DNA of 64,000 nucleotides. Origin: Chrysomallon squamiferum (taxonomy: Eukaryota; Animalia; Mollusca). This document shows positions 1 to 14,209 of the stretch, one piece after another. The notes under the pieces were generated by a model. The model did not search any database, was not told the DNA's origin, and saw only the letters and a list, made by a program, of their open reading frames with translations. Location: assembly GCA_012295275.1 (NCBI GenBank), contig CM022665.1:32612001-32676000 (forward strand), in the 5' to 3' direction. A program made the translations under genes and the position numbers. Every line of letters begins with the position of its first letter. The stretch's first letter is position 1.

Positions 1-2092
1 AGATGAGAGTGTCATCGCAGTTTTTTATTTTATTTATATGTAATATACCTATAATTATGAGCGTATTGCTAAACACTCTGGTTAACAGGATTATGGAATA
101 TTAATTAATAGCATACCCATAAGCGTGTTATTCTGAATCTTATGCAGTTAACAACAATTTTATTTATTTATTTATTTATTGTTGCCTTGATAAGATGTAT
201 AAATAAATATTTCTTTATTTACTGAAAACTTTTTCTTGTACAAACGTTTTAATTTCCTGATTAATCTATTTTTTTTTTTTTTAAATTTCGCTAAAATTTT
301 ATTAAAAAAACAACCTGATTATAATTTAAAAAAATAAATAAATAAAATAACAAAGATCGAATCAGAACAATGGTTTGCATGTTGTAAAACTATCAAGCCA
401 TTCACATTCACATTCACATTTCGTTGACCCCAAATCTTGTTTCATTAATTTAGTGACCATCAAGTCAAACAGATCTGATTTTTTTTTTTTTTTTTTTACA
501 GAACTCTACTGTCCTCTGGCAAAGGTTTAACCTCTTACAGCTATTTCTGTTATTGACATACAGGTCAGCTTAGTTCAAAGGTAGCATTCTTTTTACGAAT
601 CCTTTAAGCCATCTTGTAGGTCATGCACACGGACTAAATAGCTCTATCGCCAATTTGAAGAAGAGCGCACAGATATACATACACACCTTGTCACATCTAA
701 TAATACATATAAATATGCAGGTTCACAGATACACGTATATGAATGTATGTAGATAAATTAAGTTGGGATGAGGGTAACTCGTCGCTAAATTCTGAAACAC
801 AATTTCACAGATGCATTTCATCTACCACTGGAAATTCCTTTAGCTAGTTTTTGTTTCTTATACTTAATTACATTCTCATTCAGTTAATTATATCCCTCTC
901 TTTGAGTTGTATGTTATAGATATCATTTGTAAGGCCCTCCCCTTTAGATAGATATGTTTCTGATCATCCGTGTTTATTTCCGTTTTGTTTAAATTCTAAA
1001 TAAAAGTACTATTTCAGTTATAGAATAAAGGTTTATAAACTCTTTAAGAGTGTCCAGTACGTGATTTAATCCAGTTAATGATATAAGCACTTAAAATCGC
1101 CATTCATACTGACCCGAGGCCAAATTAGTGTTAAAAGATTTACAAGTTATCAAATGATGTGTTGATTTATGTACTTAACATCGGTAATTATTATAGTGAT
1201 ACAGTATTATTACGTGAACTAGCGTTACGATTTGAATGTCCAATACATTATAACCTTTGTCCACACATAAAGCCAAAGACGAAATCAGAATGTGGTAGAA
1301 TATAAACAGAAAAAGTTTTATTGTACATTATGTATTTGTCATTGGTTTTCAAAATGTTTCCACTCAGACGTAATAAACATATACAAGCAAAAGTTAGTAC
1401 ACCATTAGCAAAGCTGTCATAGTATATCAGTTTATCACGATTACTTTTTATTCTACATCATGAAATAAGAGAAATTATTAATAGCTGTTCATTTTCACTG
1501 GCTTATTATATTATTATCACACTTTGTTATTAGTAAATTCGACCTGTAGAGTAAAGAAACAAATATGATCGCTTTAAAAACCATGTTGTATTAAATTTCA
1601 ATTTTTATTCTTTTTTATCATCTTGTGTGTAATCAGTGCATACAACAAGTAAGGCTATATTTGTGGCCAGTGTCCTCAGTAAGGGTTTAAATGCTGGTTA
1701 CTTTTATTTTTCAGCAAGTAAGCAATTTCGCTTCACCAACCTAGGCAAATCCTCTCATAAAAAAGGTAATAGTGCTCCCATTGTTCACGTTCCTCAGTTA
1801 ATACACAAATAAAAGTACAAGAAGTCCAGTATTTACTCGTTTTATTCCGAGCTCGACCTGGCGACATGTTCCGAGTTTCAGGAAAGAGGAGCAGAGATTA
1901 CGGGCCTTGGAAGCGAGGCTTAGAAGTGTTCAAACCTATTTGAAAAGACCAACCGCGGCCCATCCCCTGGATTTACACGTGGACAAAAGCGCCGCCCTTA
2001 GTATACTAATTGTTTTTGTGTTGTATTTTATTTTTGTTTTTTATTATTCTGTTGATGGTTTCAGTCTTGATCTCATTTAATTACCTTAGATA

Positions 2093-2242
<150 letters not shown>

Positions 2243-2599
2243 ACAAAAACATGAAGTGAGAAAACAATATTATTATAATTATTTAAAGAAATCGGTGAAT
2301 TTCATACCAACATGCTTTCTGTGGTGTGCAATATGCATTTACAAACATTTTAAATAAATATGTAGTGAAGAGCTTATACAGGAAAAAGCAATTTGCTGAG
2401 TTGTTATTATCTAAAATATGATCACCTGCTAAAAGCAAAACATAATTTCAATTTGTTTTGTTAATGTTGCGTAATGTCAAGAGAGTATAATAGTGTATAA
2501 TTTACATAGCGCGTTCATTTCTGTCAATAACCGTTTAATATAATATAATATAATACATAAACGTAATTAATTAATAAAAGAATATATAAAAATATATAT

Positions 2600-2881
2600 C
2601 AACTTATTCAAAAATATACATATATACATAAGTAGTCTTACAAACATGTAGATACGTAACAAATACATATATACGTATATAAATACATATGCATACGTAC
2701 ATATATACACATACGCACACATACATATATACACATATACATACATATACACATACATACATAAATTCATATAAACATATATGCATGTACATAATATATT
2801 GAGATATGAACACACACCATATATACATATACATAAATACCTACATACCCACTGACATACAGAGAAATACACATATACGTA

Positions 2882-2923
<42 letters not shown>

Positions 2924-2980
2924 CTATGTACCTACATACCTACTTACACACACAGAGCAAAATATACACATACACAGCAT
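2600..2980. repeat. Low-complexity TA/CA/TACA-rich microsatellite region
   Basis: Mixed atac/atat/acac runs ending in (CA)n near 2888-2920; explains the Y/V/C/M-rich ORFs 2567..2917 and 2604..2834. Confidence 0.9.
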
Positions 2981-3394
2981 GAAAACAATTATAGCTCTTA
3001 AGGTCACTGCGTTCTCTTCACACATGGCGGTCTAAACATTAAACACCGCGTTTCTTTTTATCCCCCTTACATTTCATAACTTTACGTGCACTTGATATGC
3101 GCCAACTGAAAACGAGGATAGCGAGTATGCAGGCTGTACTGTTCGTCGAGTCATTTGGTGCGCCAAGTCGCTTCGACCTCTGCACTCCGAATTTAGTCTG
3201 TTTATTAAAGCTTCCAGTATTTTTTGGTTAAGGTGTTAAAGGCGCATCTGTTGCAGCGTGTATAGAAAAGGCTTTGAACTATAATGAATGTTACAGGAAA
3301 CAAGAACTTGTGTGGAACTACTTCGCGGGGATTAAAATACAAAACAAATCACAAAAACTGGTATTCGAGTTAAAGATGTTACCAAAATTTAAAA

Positions 3395-3399
<5 letters not shown>

Positions 3400-3474
<75 letters not shown>
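3400..3474. repeat. (CT)n microsatellite
   Basis: Perfect CT run. Confidence 0.98.
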
Positions 3475-3477
<3 letters not shown>

Positions 3478-4346
3478 CACTGATTAATTATGAATTGTTA
3501 ATTTATTTTTCTTCTAAATTACCGATCAAACGATATCAAAGGCAATCTAACTATCCATATATTAGTCTGACTGTTTATCTTATTTATATAGCTTAAATAT
3601 ACGGATGTGTGGGTTTAAACATACGTTACGCCTTTCTAACAGTTAAGTCTGTGATTTCATACATACTCTCAGCACTCTATATATTATGCTTATTTTTATT
3701 ACTGTTCGCGCTCACACTCTCTGAAACAAGTTCCGGAACCGCCACCGATTTTAATCCACTCGGGCGAACAGCCATATTATAACGAAACAAATGACGGATC
3801 AACTGCAGTGAGATATTTGACGCAATAGAATCATTAAAAAATATCCATAACCACTGTCTCGTCTCTCAAGACCGCAAGCCCGTGTTGGCTATTAGTCGGA
3901 AACATCAAAGGGATTGTCGTCGACAGGTGCGAAATGTCAGATTACCACCTGAGGATAGCCGCACTGCATGACTGAAGCGAGAAGTACAGAAACATCCATC
4001 ACATCTATGTAGAACTAATATTTATCTGCTTGGGTCAAGGTCAAATCATGTGAAAACTGTTAGATAATCAGAGGCCATCATAAATAAGCCATAAGACAAT
4101 AAATCTACTTTTATGAGGATAAATGGGAACGGACAGATACCCAGACAGACATCCACACAGACAAACTGGTCTGATATGTCAGAAAAACAATTAAAGGCAT
4201 AAATTATTATAGGTAAATTATGTACGTATGCATGTAGGTATGTATGTACATATGTATGTATGTATGTTTGTATATGCGTGAACTTAAGTAAATACATATA
4301 AATTTGTAATAATTTATTTTATTTTATTTATTTATTTATTTTTATT

Positions 4347-4409
<63 letters not shown>

Positions 4410-4734
4410 CAGCTACATATCAAAAACGGTTATAAAATGGAATGAAGGGAAACAATGATAACATTATCATAATTTTCAAAATTATTTTATTCATTTTTTT
4501 TTTTCTTTTTTTTGTTTAAATCACAAAATAAATAACCAACAATATGTTGTAAAAAGTCACAAAATATTAACAAAGCTCAATCCTAAGTCATTCATAATCT
4601 GATTTATTATCATCATTCATCATCATCATTATCATCAACATTATAATTGTTGTCATCATAATTTTATTTCCTTTCTTTCTTTCTTTCTTTCTTTATTACT
4701 GTTATTTTTAAATTATTTATTTATTTACTATTTT

Positions 4735-4775
<41 letters not shown>

Positions 4776-4861
4776 TTTTACTTTTATTTTTATTTATTTA
4801 TTTATTTTATAATTATTATTATTATCTTTTTTTCTGTCTTTCCTTTTTCTTATTCCTAATA

Positions 4862-4864
<3 letters not shown>

Positions 4865-4928
<64 letters not shown>
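4865..4928. repeat. (CT)n microsatellite
   Basis: Perfect CT run. Confidence 0.98.
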
Positions 4929-4929
<1 letters not shown>

Positions 4930-6417
4930 AAGCAAGCATACACTTTAAAATAAGAAGGTCTACGGTACTCGCTTTTAAATCTACCCTCGTGATCGGCTGT
5001 AATATCCGATTATTTGGTTAAAGTGCCAACCGTTTCATTTAATTGGCGGACTCGGTTAGACTAGTCGATAAATCCTTGTACAAAATCCTGTTGCCTTCTT
5101 TTTATAATGCCGTTTTTTCTGATGTAATCATCAATATTTTATCAGGTAATGGCATGACGAAGTGTGGTTTGCTTTGATGTCGTTTGATTTATGGGCGATA
5201 CCTGGTTTTAATTATTCTGTATCCTTTATTGATGTTCAATCGACGGGATGCAAATTTGATTCACTTTTACTAGCATCGTGTTATATCTTCGTGGCTAAAT
5301 CAATCCCAGATTAAATATATCGATTAACATGTCTTGCAGTGTCCTGTGGATAAGTTTAATCTAAAAAATGTGTATTTTCTCGCTCATGATCAAAGCAGAG
5401 TATGACGCATAAAGAATTAATTTAAAAATTAAATTAAAATTAAATTTAAAATGAAAAGAAGATCGTAAATATTACTTTTGAAAGGTCGAAATGAATGGCT
5501 GTAGTGATCACGTGACACTTCATAAGCGAACACATGGCCGTAATTATTCTAAAGGAAATCAAGTCCATGTAAGACAGTTGAGTATATTGTATTACCTGTT
5601 CTCCATATATGCTGACAAAACTACCAGGTTTTTGTAACTAAATTTCACAAACTCGTCGCAGGTCTTTATCCTTCATAAACAAAAAGAAGAATTAATTTCT
5701 TTTTCTTTTTTTCATGGTTCTGTCTAATATAAACACATTTTAAGGAAATCCAGAAAGATCTAGACCAAAGACTTTCTTCATTCAGTGTCTGTAGAATGAT
5801 GGACATACTATTATTCTGCGTGTGTACGTATGTTATGTAATGTGTATATGTGTGGGTGTCCGTATCTCTGCGAACTTGTATTTTACTCTCAAAGGTTCGG
5901 CAAGACTAGAACATGTAAGTAACTACGTTGCTGTATGTGCGTACAGCTAGACTCTGTGGAACTGTAAATCTTCACAGTGACTACGTTTGCTTTCAACTAT
6001 AACAGGATTACATTGTCAGAGAAAACCGATCTTTCTTTTTTCCCCTCGAAATCGTTTTTCATCATATATCTTTATTTCAGATGCACAAATGCCAGACCTT
6101 TCGCTGATAACACTTTAAAAGTCTTGGCTCAAGTGATAAAATGAAAGTATAGATTTTAATACCACACAGAGGGGAAGATATTACAGTGACGATGACGTTA
6201 AGCTTTCCTGAACATAGATTTGAGTATGGAGGATTGTGTGGTCCATTTGATATTATATATATATATATAAAATAATAATAATAAAATAGTACGATACACT
6301 GAATCCATCAGTCTGCTAACAGTAAATTAACACTGTTATAATATGCTTATAAAAATGCAGAGAAATTGATGTTTCCTTCCTTTCCTGACGTTATTTGTGT
6401 GTTTGGGTTTATGTTTC

Positions 6418-6449
<32 letters not shown>

Positions 6450-7000
6450 TGTATTTATGTATGTGTATGTGTATTTGTTTGAATAAATTATTGTTAGTAC
6501 TGGGATAAAGAATCTTGGAAACACTTTACTTAGGAATGTTAAGATATCTGACATGATCGCATTGTGTTTGTTATTTTATTTAATTTATTTTAAAAAGGTT
6601 AATGTATAAATGAAGCCATAACTAGTAAATATTTTGTTATCGTTTTTTGTTTGACTCAGCCTTTGTTAATTATGTACATTTGACTGTTACACAGTCTTTA
6701 TTACTGTATTATTAATTTTATTTTTGATGTTATTAGTCTTCGGTTCATATCTAATGTTGTCGGCAAAGTTAGTGCTTGTACTTGCTTTACTTCAGTCTTA
6801 ACATAGTTTTTGTCTACTGAACATCATCATTTATAATGCTTGGCATCTTCGTCTTAGTGATTGCATTGGTCGTGGACCGCTGGCAATAATAGAATATTAA
6901 TTGAATGGCGAAGTGTGTGCTGTCATTTATTATAAATTTCACAATAGACTGTAATTAATAAAGTGCAGTGCTTTTCTCCGTCGTTTTCTTTCTGTCATCC

Positions 7001-7004
<4 letters not shown>

Positions 7005-7069
<65 letters not shown>
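7005..7069. repeat. (GA)n microsatellite
   Basis: Perfect GA run. Confidence 0.98.
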
Positions 7070-7072
<3 letters not shown>

Positions 7073-8011
7073 TTAACTTTTAAGGCTAATGACCTATATT
7101 CGCGGCTTACCCCACATCAAATAATCAGAACCTATTTCCATATAAAAGAAGAAGAAAAAACTATTAAACTGTCAAAAACCTCGTCTTTTCAGGCAAAATT
7201 TTATTGCTGTCCATGTATATTCATCGTAACAAGTTTGCCGTTTTTCCTTTCCATCTAACAGCTTCATTCGTGACACTTCCGCCATAATAAATATTGCTCA
7301 AACCTCCGTCAAAAATAGCGCACGTCACATTATGTTTGCAGAGTGATTTTCGCGTTCTCTGGTCAACGAATATCTGTATGCATAAAGCCACGTTAGTGGA
7401 AGCCGAAGTTTTAAGACTGTGAAGCAGACGTACTAGCTGGCCGATAATTTTAAACATATTTCTTGAATAATAAGATTGTTTCAATATTTAAACTCATCTT
7501 AGTCATCGTTTGAATTATTTATTTATTTATTCATTCATTCGTTAATTTTTATTTAAATTGCACACTTATCATGATTATGAAAAATGACGCACTTTCTTCA
7601 TAGATTCATGTTTCGTGACTTTTTTGACATACACACATACTACAAAGAGAATATACATGCATATTTGTTTTTGTGTGTGTGTAGTGGGGTTTTCTCTAAG
7701 ACAGAAATTTTCACGATTTTTTTCACGATAAAATTAAATATAAAATTAAACATATAAAATACATTTTAAAAAACGAAATGTCTTAGGGCTGTTTTTGAGG
7801 GTCAGGCAAAGATGATTATCATTCTTTAAGTTTCCTTCTGTAGAAATACTGTTTTTACTTGTTGCATCTGCCATTACAAAATTTTGCTCGCTTGCCCCGA
7901 CTGTGTACCACAGTTTATAAATTTAAATCCATTCTGAAGTCAAGAAAAAATAATTTCATAAACAGCTGTTACCTGAGACATTGATCCATTGTTGTATTTC
8001 CGTATTATATT

Positions 8012-8050
<39 letters not shown>

Positions 8051-8309
8051 GTTAGTTAGTTAGTTAGTTAGTTGTTAGTTAGTTAAGTACTTAATAAATT
8101 TATTATTAGTCCGTTTTTCAAGACTGGCCTGAAAACAAGAACAACAATAATAACATCTATAACTTCTACTATTACTACTACTACTACTGTTGTTGTTTTC
8201 TTTTAACATTTTTACCAAGTGATCTTTTTGTTTCATCGTCTGTTTAAATTTTACAATGAATTAGTGTTTTCATTTTGAGTTAATAAATATTATTTACAAT
8301 TAAAATATA

Positions 8310-8360
<51 letters not shown>

Positions 8361-8408
8361 TATAATAATAATAATAATAATAATTATTATTATTATTATT
8401 ATTATTAT
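8310..8408. repeat. Compound (AAAT)n-(AAT)n-(ATT)n microsatellite
   Basis: Read directly; the AAT run abuts its reverse complement ATT run. Confidence 0.9.
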
Positions 8409-8977
8409 TTCAAAAAGAAGTGACATCACATCAGATTCAATTTGATCTTCTATATTCCCAATAATTAAAATTCATTGAAATTAGTCAGTGCGATAAAAAT
8501 TGAAAATAATTTAATTTATCAAATGCCTGCATATTTTTTTTTTTTTTTTTTTTTTGATTTTTTAATTATTATTTTTTTTTTGATTTTTTGATTTTTTAAT
8601 TATTATTATTATTATTATTTTTTTTTTTTTTCATTTTGGCGACAGATTTCTAACAACTTTTTCATTCATTACAGTTTTATTATGGCAACAAATACTGAGA
8701 AATTTGCGTTGTAATACGACTCCCTCGGTTGTCATAAAAACGTGTGGCCACCTGTCGTTGTAATATTATGACGTCATAGGTGATATTTCGAGAACGAGAA
8801 AAGAAATCGTATTCAGACAACTGAGCATTAAAACAATGTAATAAATATCATAAGAATTAATTCTGGCACCATTAATAACGGTTTTTGAGCAATATTTATT
8901 ATTATTTCTAATGAAGCGTATTAGAAATATCAAAAACTATTGTCTTTTCTATCTACATATTTATTACTCATAAAAAA

Positions 8978-9020
<43 letters not shown>

Positions 9021-10375
9021 TCAGTTAGAAGTAAAAACAGATTAATTCTGCATTTATTGCTGTAATGATAGATATCAAAAAAAAAAAAAAAAAAAAAAAC
9101 GGGGAGGGGGCAGTAAAGGGAGTTAATTATGTTTTACGGAGTCTCTTTGAAATTATTGAGTTGTCTCCTGTTAAAGATAACATTTTCACCTGAATTATGA
9201 GTACTTAATTATTACTAGTACTATTACTGCTACTGTTACCACTACTATTGCTATTACTACTACTACCGCTATCGCCAATACTGCTGCGATTACTACTGCT
9301 ATTGTAGTTGCTGTTTTTGTTATTAATTCAATTTGTATTTATTTACTACCACTACTACTACACAGGTTGCATTATTTTTGATAAGATAATAAACATGCAT
9401 ACAGATATATATATATATATATATATTCAAACACACACCTGAATTTGCACATTAATAATAAGACTGAATTCTGTTATGTAGACGCAGTATGTGATAATAA
9501 TATAAGTAGAAGAAGAAGAAAAGATATGGAAATAAATTTAGTATGTATTTGTTATCGATATTCACATGAAATAAAAATTTAAATACTTTTATAAAAATTA
9601 AATTGATAAGGTCTTCATTTATTTATTTATTATTGTTGTTGTTAATATATATATTAAAGTTAATTTTATTATCCTTTTTAATATATATTTCCACTAACGA
9701 AACTATAAAGCACAAACATCTATTTTCAGGATAATCAGCGTATGATTGATAGAATCAGATTTGATAAAAGAGTTACGTCCCTTAAACCACTTCTATAAAT
9801 GTTAATACGCTTATTTAATAAGAATTTAACAAAAATTTAAATCCTTTCCTTTGACCAGTAACTAATATAAATGAAATCAATACTGAAGTTTTATATATTT
9901 CACGTAGAAATGTTTGTACACTATTTTCTTTATTGTTAGATGTGTTTTTCTTTTGTATACAGCACGTTCATTACACTACCGCTTCGTTGATGCACACGAA
10001 CTATACTGTAACAAAGATATTTATACTATGTTTTAGGGGTGGGGGTTCTAAAATGTCTGTTTCATGACCTCTGGTAATCATAATAAATAAATAATAGCTA
10101 TAGCAGATAAATAAATGAATGAATGAATGAATAAAATTGTACAAAAACGGTATGTCAGTTTACAAATATTATATGAAATAACACATTATAATTATTGTTT
10201 ATTATATTTTATTAATTTCTTCATAGTTTTATTTATTATCAGATGTGTGTTTACTACTTGTTTTATATTTTCCCTTTTTCATTTGAATGTTTTACCTCTG
10301 CTTTCCGGTGTCCTAAACGTGGAATTTATAAATGGATAAAGTCACCGTGTACTGTTTAACATACTTTTCTTTTTC

Positions 10376-10429
<54 letters not shown>

Positions 10430-10841
10430 TCATTAGTTATTTATTTACATATCTGATATTACACATGCAGACTTTTTCTCATGTAAACTTTAAAATTAGA
10501 TTTCAACTTTCTGATTTGTATGTGTGAATTAGAAAAAAATTACACTAGCTACAAATTAAGGCTATATAATTCTATATCAGTTCTAAATCAGCTTATCCAT
10601 TGAACCGTTTTCCATCTCTCTCGAACCTTATAAAAATATATAATTTTTCTGTAGTACCGCAAGACAAATTTGTTGGGTGCGTGTTGTGACGAATCTAGAA
10701 CATCCAGTTTGCCCGTTCTCTTCATAAGTACACTAATAATCCTGATCGTTTCCTCTGATGTTATCTGTACTTATTTCAAGAAAACTAAGCTAACAACGCG
10801 GAAAAAAAAAAGAAAAAAAATTTTTTTATACGGTTATGTCC

Positions 10842-10843
<2 letters not shown>

Positions 10844-10896
<53 letters not shown>
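10844..10896. repeat. (GA)n microsatellite
   Basis: Perfect GA run. Confidence 0.98.
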
Positions 10897-10900
<4 letters not shown>

Positions 10901-12485
10901 GGTCAAACAGACCGAGAGAAAGTAGCCAGAAATAAAATAAAATATACGAATGTTAGATCAAAACCTAAAAAAATAAATAAATATTTTAAAAAGTTTTTAA
11001 AATGATTTGATCTTATTGCTGGTAAATTGAAACAGACCATCAAAGTAGGACAATAAAATCAAAACCCATTTTGGCACCCGCTGTTTATTCTTGTGTCTTG
11101 TCGGACTGGGTTTAAAGATACAATTGCTATAATTTGTCAGTACTACAAGTAAAACACCAAAGGAATCCCCGACTTGTTTAAGCTTTTGTTGTTTGCTACT
11201 GTCGTAGTTTGTGAAATAGTATTGTAATTCGTTAAACTTTTTTTTTGAATTTATTTATTTATTTAATGGTGATGACATTGTATTTTATCAAGATGGTTCC
11301 ATTTGTGTTCTTTGCTTTGTATTCGTATTTTTCCCACTTAGCTTAAATATTATTTCATTTCTCATTTGAGAATATTAGATAGAATTTAAAATACACTATT
11401 GCAAAGACTTGTTTATCCTTCAGTCTTGGAACGTTAGTTGTAGCGGGTAACTATCAACTAAAAATGATATACATGTTCGTTATTAAGTTTAAATTTCCAA
11501 CAAACTCTAAGCAAATCAAATAAATACTTTCTTGAAGAGAGAATATCTCATTCAACGAGCCCATCCCTGACAATCTGTTAGCGATCGATGTTTCCCCCAG
11601 TATTAAGTGACTCGTTTAATTTTGAAACAGCAACAGCGTTATCAACCCCTTTTCTGAAATTCCTCCACTCCTGATTTTCATTTTGATCTAATAATTAAAT
11701 AATTAACAATAATAAATACAAAGTAATAATCCAGACCAGACCTGATAATTTACAACTTCATTTCGTCTGTAAAGTTATAACATACTGCTCTGTGAAATAT
11801 GTTGGTATTGTTATTTTTGTTGTTGTTGTTATTATTTATTTATTTATTATTTTAAAATTAAAGTACTGAACATAGTTATCTCTATTTAACAACTTTATAA
11901 TTTTCATAAATTAATAAATAATGAACAAACAAAGAAATAATAAGTTAAAATTTTTGACTTTATCTTGAGAACTTATTTTTTCCCTAACAAAATAAATAAA
12001 TAAATAAAAGTTAAAAAAAGAGAGAAAAAAAAGAGTATAAAACAAAACATTAGATGGTTGAGAATCCAAAAATATAATACTTATGATAATTATAAAGTTA
12101 ACTGCACCTTTTAGTCCTAAAATTAATTTCATTATATTCAGCAATACGAAGCAAATAAAATCTGTATCGCCTCCCACTCACACTGTCAGTGAAACCCTGG
12201 TGTGGTCAGTGAAGTTTCATTGCCTAAATGTATTCAGTAACTTTATACCCGGATACCTTATTCAGTCACTTAGCTAAGTCAGCCCATAAAAACTTTCTCA
12301 AAATAAAATGAAAAAGTGGAACAAATGGAGAACTGAAAAAACGTATATGCATTTTACAAAAGGAAAACTGAAAACACACAAAAGATGATAGAAATATTAG
12401 ACAGGAAATTAAAGAAATAAAACAAAATAAAAGCAGAAGAAAGAAAGAAAAGAATTAAAAAAAAAAAAAAAAAAAACAACAACAA

Positions 12486-12523
<38 letters not shown>

Positions 12524-12554
12524 CAGAAAGTAAGAAAAGATAATTACAAATAAG

Positions 12555-13150
12555 AACTACCGTTCACTTGAAATAACTAAAATGAGTTGTCGTATTTGTG
12601 TGAAACGGACTATAACAAGGAATAGGCGGCTAATACGCGTTCATCTAAAGCCGCCGAACTGTACGACCACCAGCAACAGTTTTATTACTTGTTTGGAAAA
12701 CAGCAGTGTCGCAGTATGCTGTACTGAAAAACGTGGTAATTTGTCACATGTGAATTTTAATACCTCTCAATCATCATTAACGGATTAATAGGAATACCTT
12801 GCTTCCATGAGACGGTCTGAAACATTGAGTTAAAATTATTTAAGAGACTGGATTACCGGTGTATGTGTATGTGTGCGCGCTAGGGACATTTTCGTAATCA
12901 TTACGCTAATGGCATTATTTTCGCATTTGATTGTGAATTTTACGCACGAAGTTGGATAATATATGGAAACAATAAAAGGTAAGTTTTATTTATAAATTAT
13001 AATATTTTCTGTGTCAATTGATTTTTATTGTTATGTATGTATTTAGGAGTTTTGAAATTCGATATTCCTGTTACGTGTTAACGCTAGTACGGGTACCCGT
13101 AGAGGTGTAATCGTGTATGCAAATTCCATCATAGTTGGTTATCGGTATTT
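12555..13150 (+). promoter_or_regulatory. Probable CpG-retaining promoter / first-exon region of the ankyrin gene
   Basis: Last CpG-rich stretch (ggcggc, acgcgt, gccgccg, gcgcgc) before CpG drops sharply; contains a consensus donor AG|GTAAGT at 12978/12979. The TSS cannot be located from sequence alone. Confidence 0.6.
12963..12978 (+). CDS. ANKRD6: Candidate first coding exon portion (METIK + G, phase 1) of the ANKRD6-like gene
   Basis: In-frame TAA at 12957-59, then ATG GAA ACA ATA AAA G|GTAAGT. Splicing to the acceptor at 51055 (AA ATG CCC) gives METIKEMPTPS in frame. Confidence 0.55.
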
Positions 13151-14164
13151 GCATATGTTATACCTCTAAATTTTGTATGTTGTTAAACTTGTTAGCCTGC
13201 CATTCAGGACAGTACTCAGTTTTGAGCAGCTGAATTTACTAAAATTCAAATTATATATATACATTATTTGGTAAAATTAGTACAGGTGATAATAGTAACT
13301 ACATCTGACCGGGTGAATCTGATATAAAAACAAATTAATTTGGTTAAACGACCAACAAACAAAATTAACAGTGAACATTTTTTTCTGATAGTTGAAATAG
13401 TTCATGCAGATTAAAAAGTAAATAAAATACAACTAATACAATGTTAAAACTTAAAAATATTTGAAACATAAATAAATACAATTTTAAAAATAAATATGTT
13501 AGTATGTAAATAAATAAATAAATAATAATAAAAAAGAAATTAATAGTCCCCCCAAAAATAAAATTTGTTTTATTCATGTAAATATCGTTTAAAAAAAAAA
13601 AATTTGCTGACTAAACATTTTCAGAGCATGTTATGTTTATTTATTTTATCATTACAATTTTGCAAGTGTTTACCAACTGATTAATCACTATTTTATTACT
13701 GAAAAAAAAAAAATAAAATAAAAAATTGTTTTAAAATGTTTATTAATTATTACATTAATAAAATACTTAACATTTAATTATTTTCATATAAACCCCCAAC
13801 AACAACAACAAAAAAACAAACAAACAAAAAAACCTTAATAAAAAAAATAAAAATAAAAGAAAAGAAAACCAGCCAATTTTTAATTTTATTTTATTTTTAA
13901 CTTTATTATTTAGGGTTGTATTTGGTTTACTGTAATAAAATAATTATAATGTAAAATCATACATACATACATTCATATAAAAACACAAAAGTATATGTGA
14001 CATGATAATAATAGCATAACTGTATTTTGGTTTTTAAATTAAACTTCATTTATAAAATATGTATGCCAAGAAAATGCCTTTATGCATATAAAACCACTTA
14101 ATTAATTTTAGCCTAAGAAGAAATGCTGACATAAATAAATACTTAAATTCATCTCTCAGTGTGT

Positions 14165-14209
<45 letters not shown>

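Noticed and set aside
8310-8408. AAT/ATT hairpin as a structured element
   Set aside because: Common microsatellite juxtaposition with no other support.
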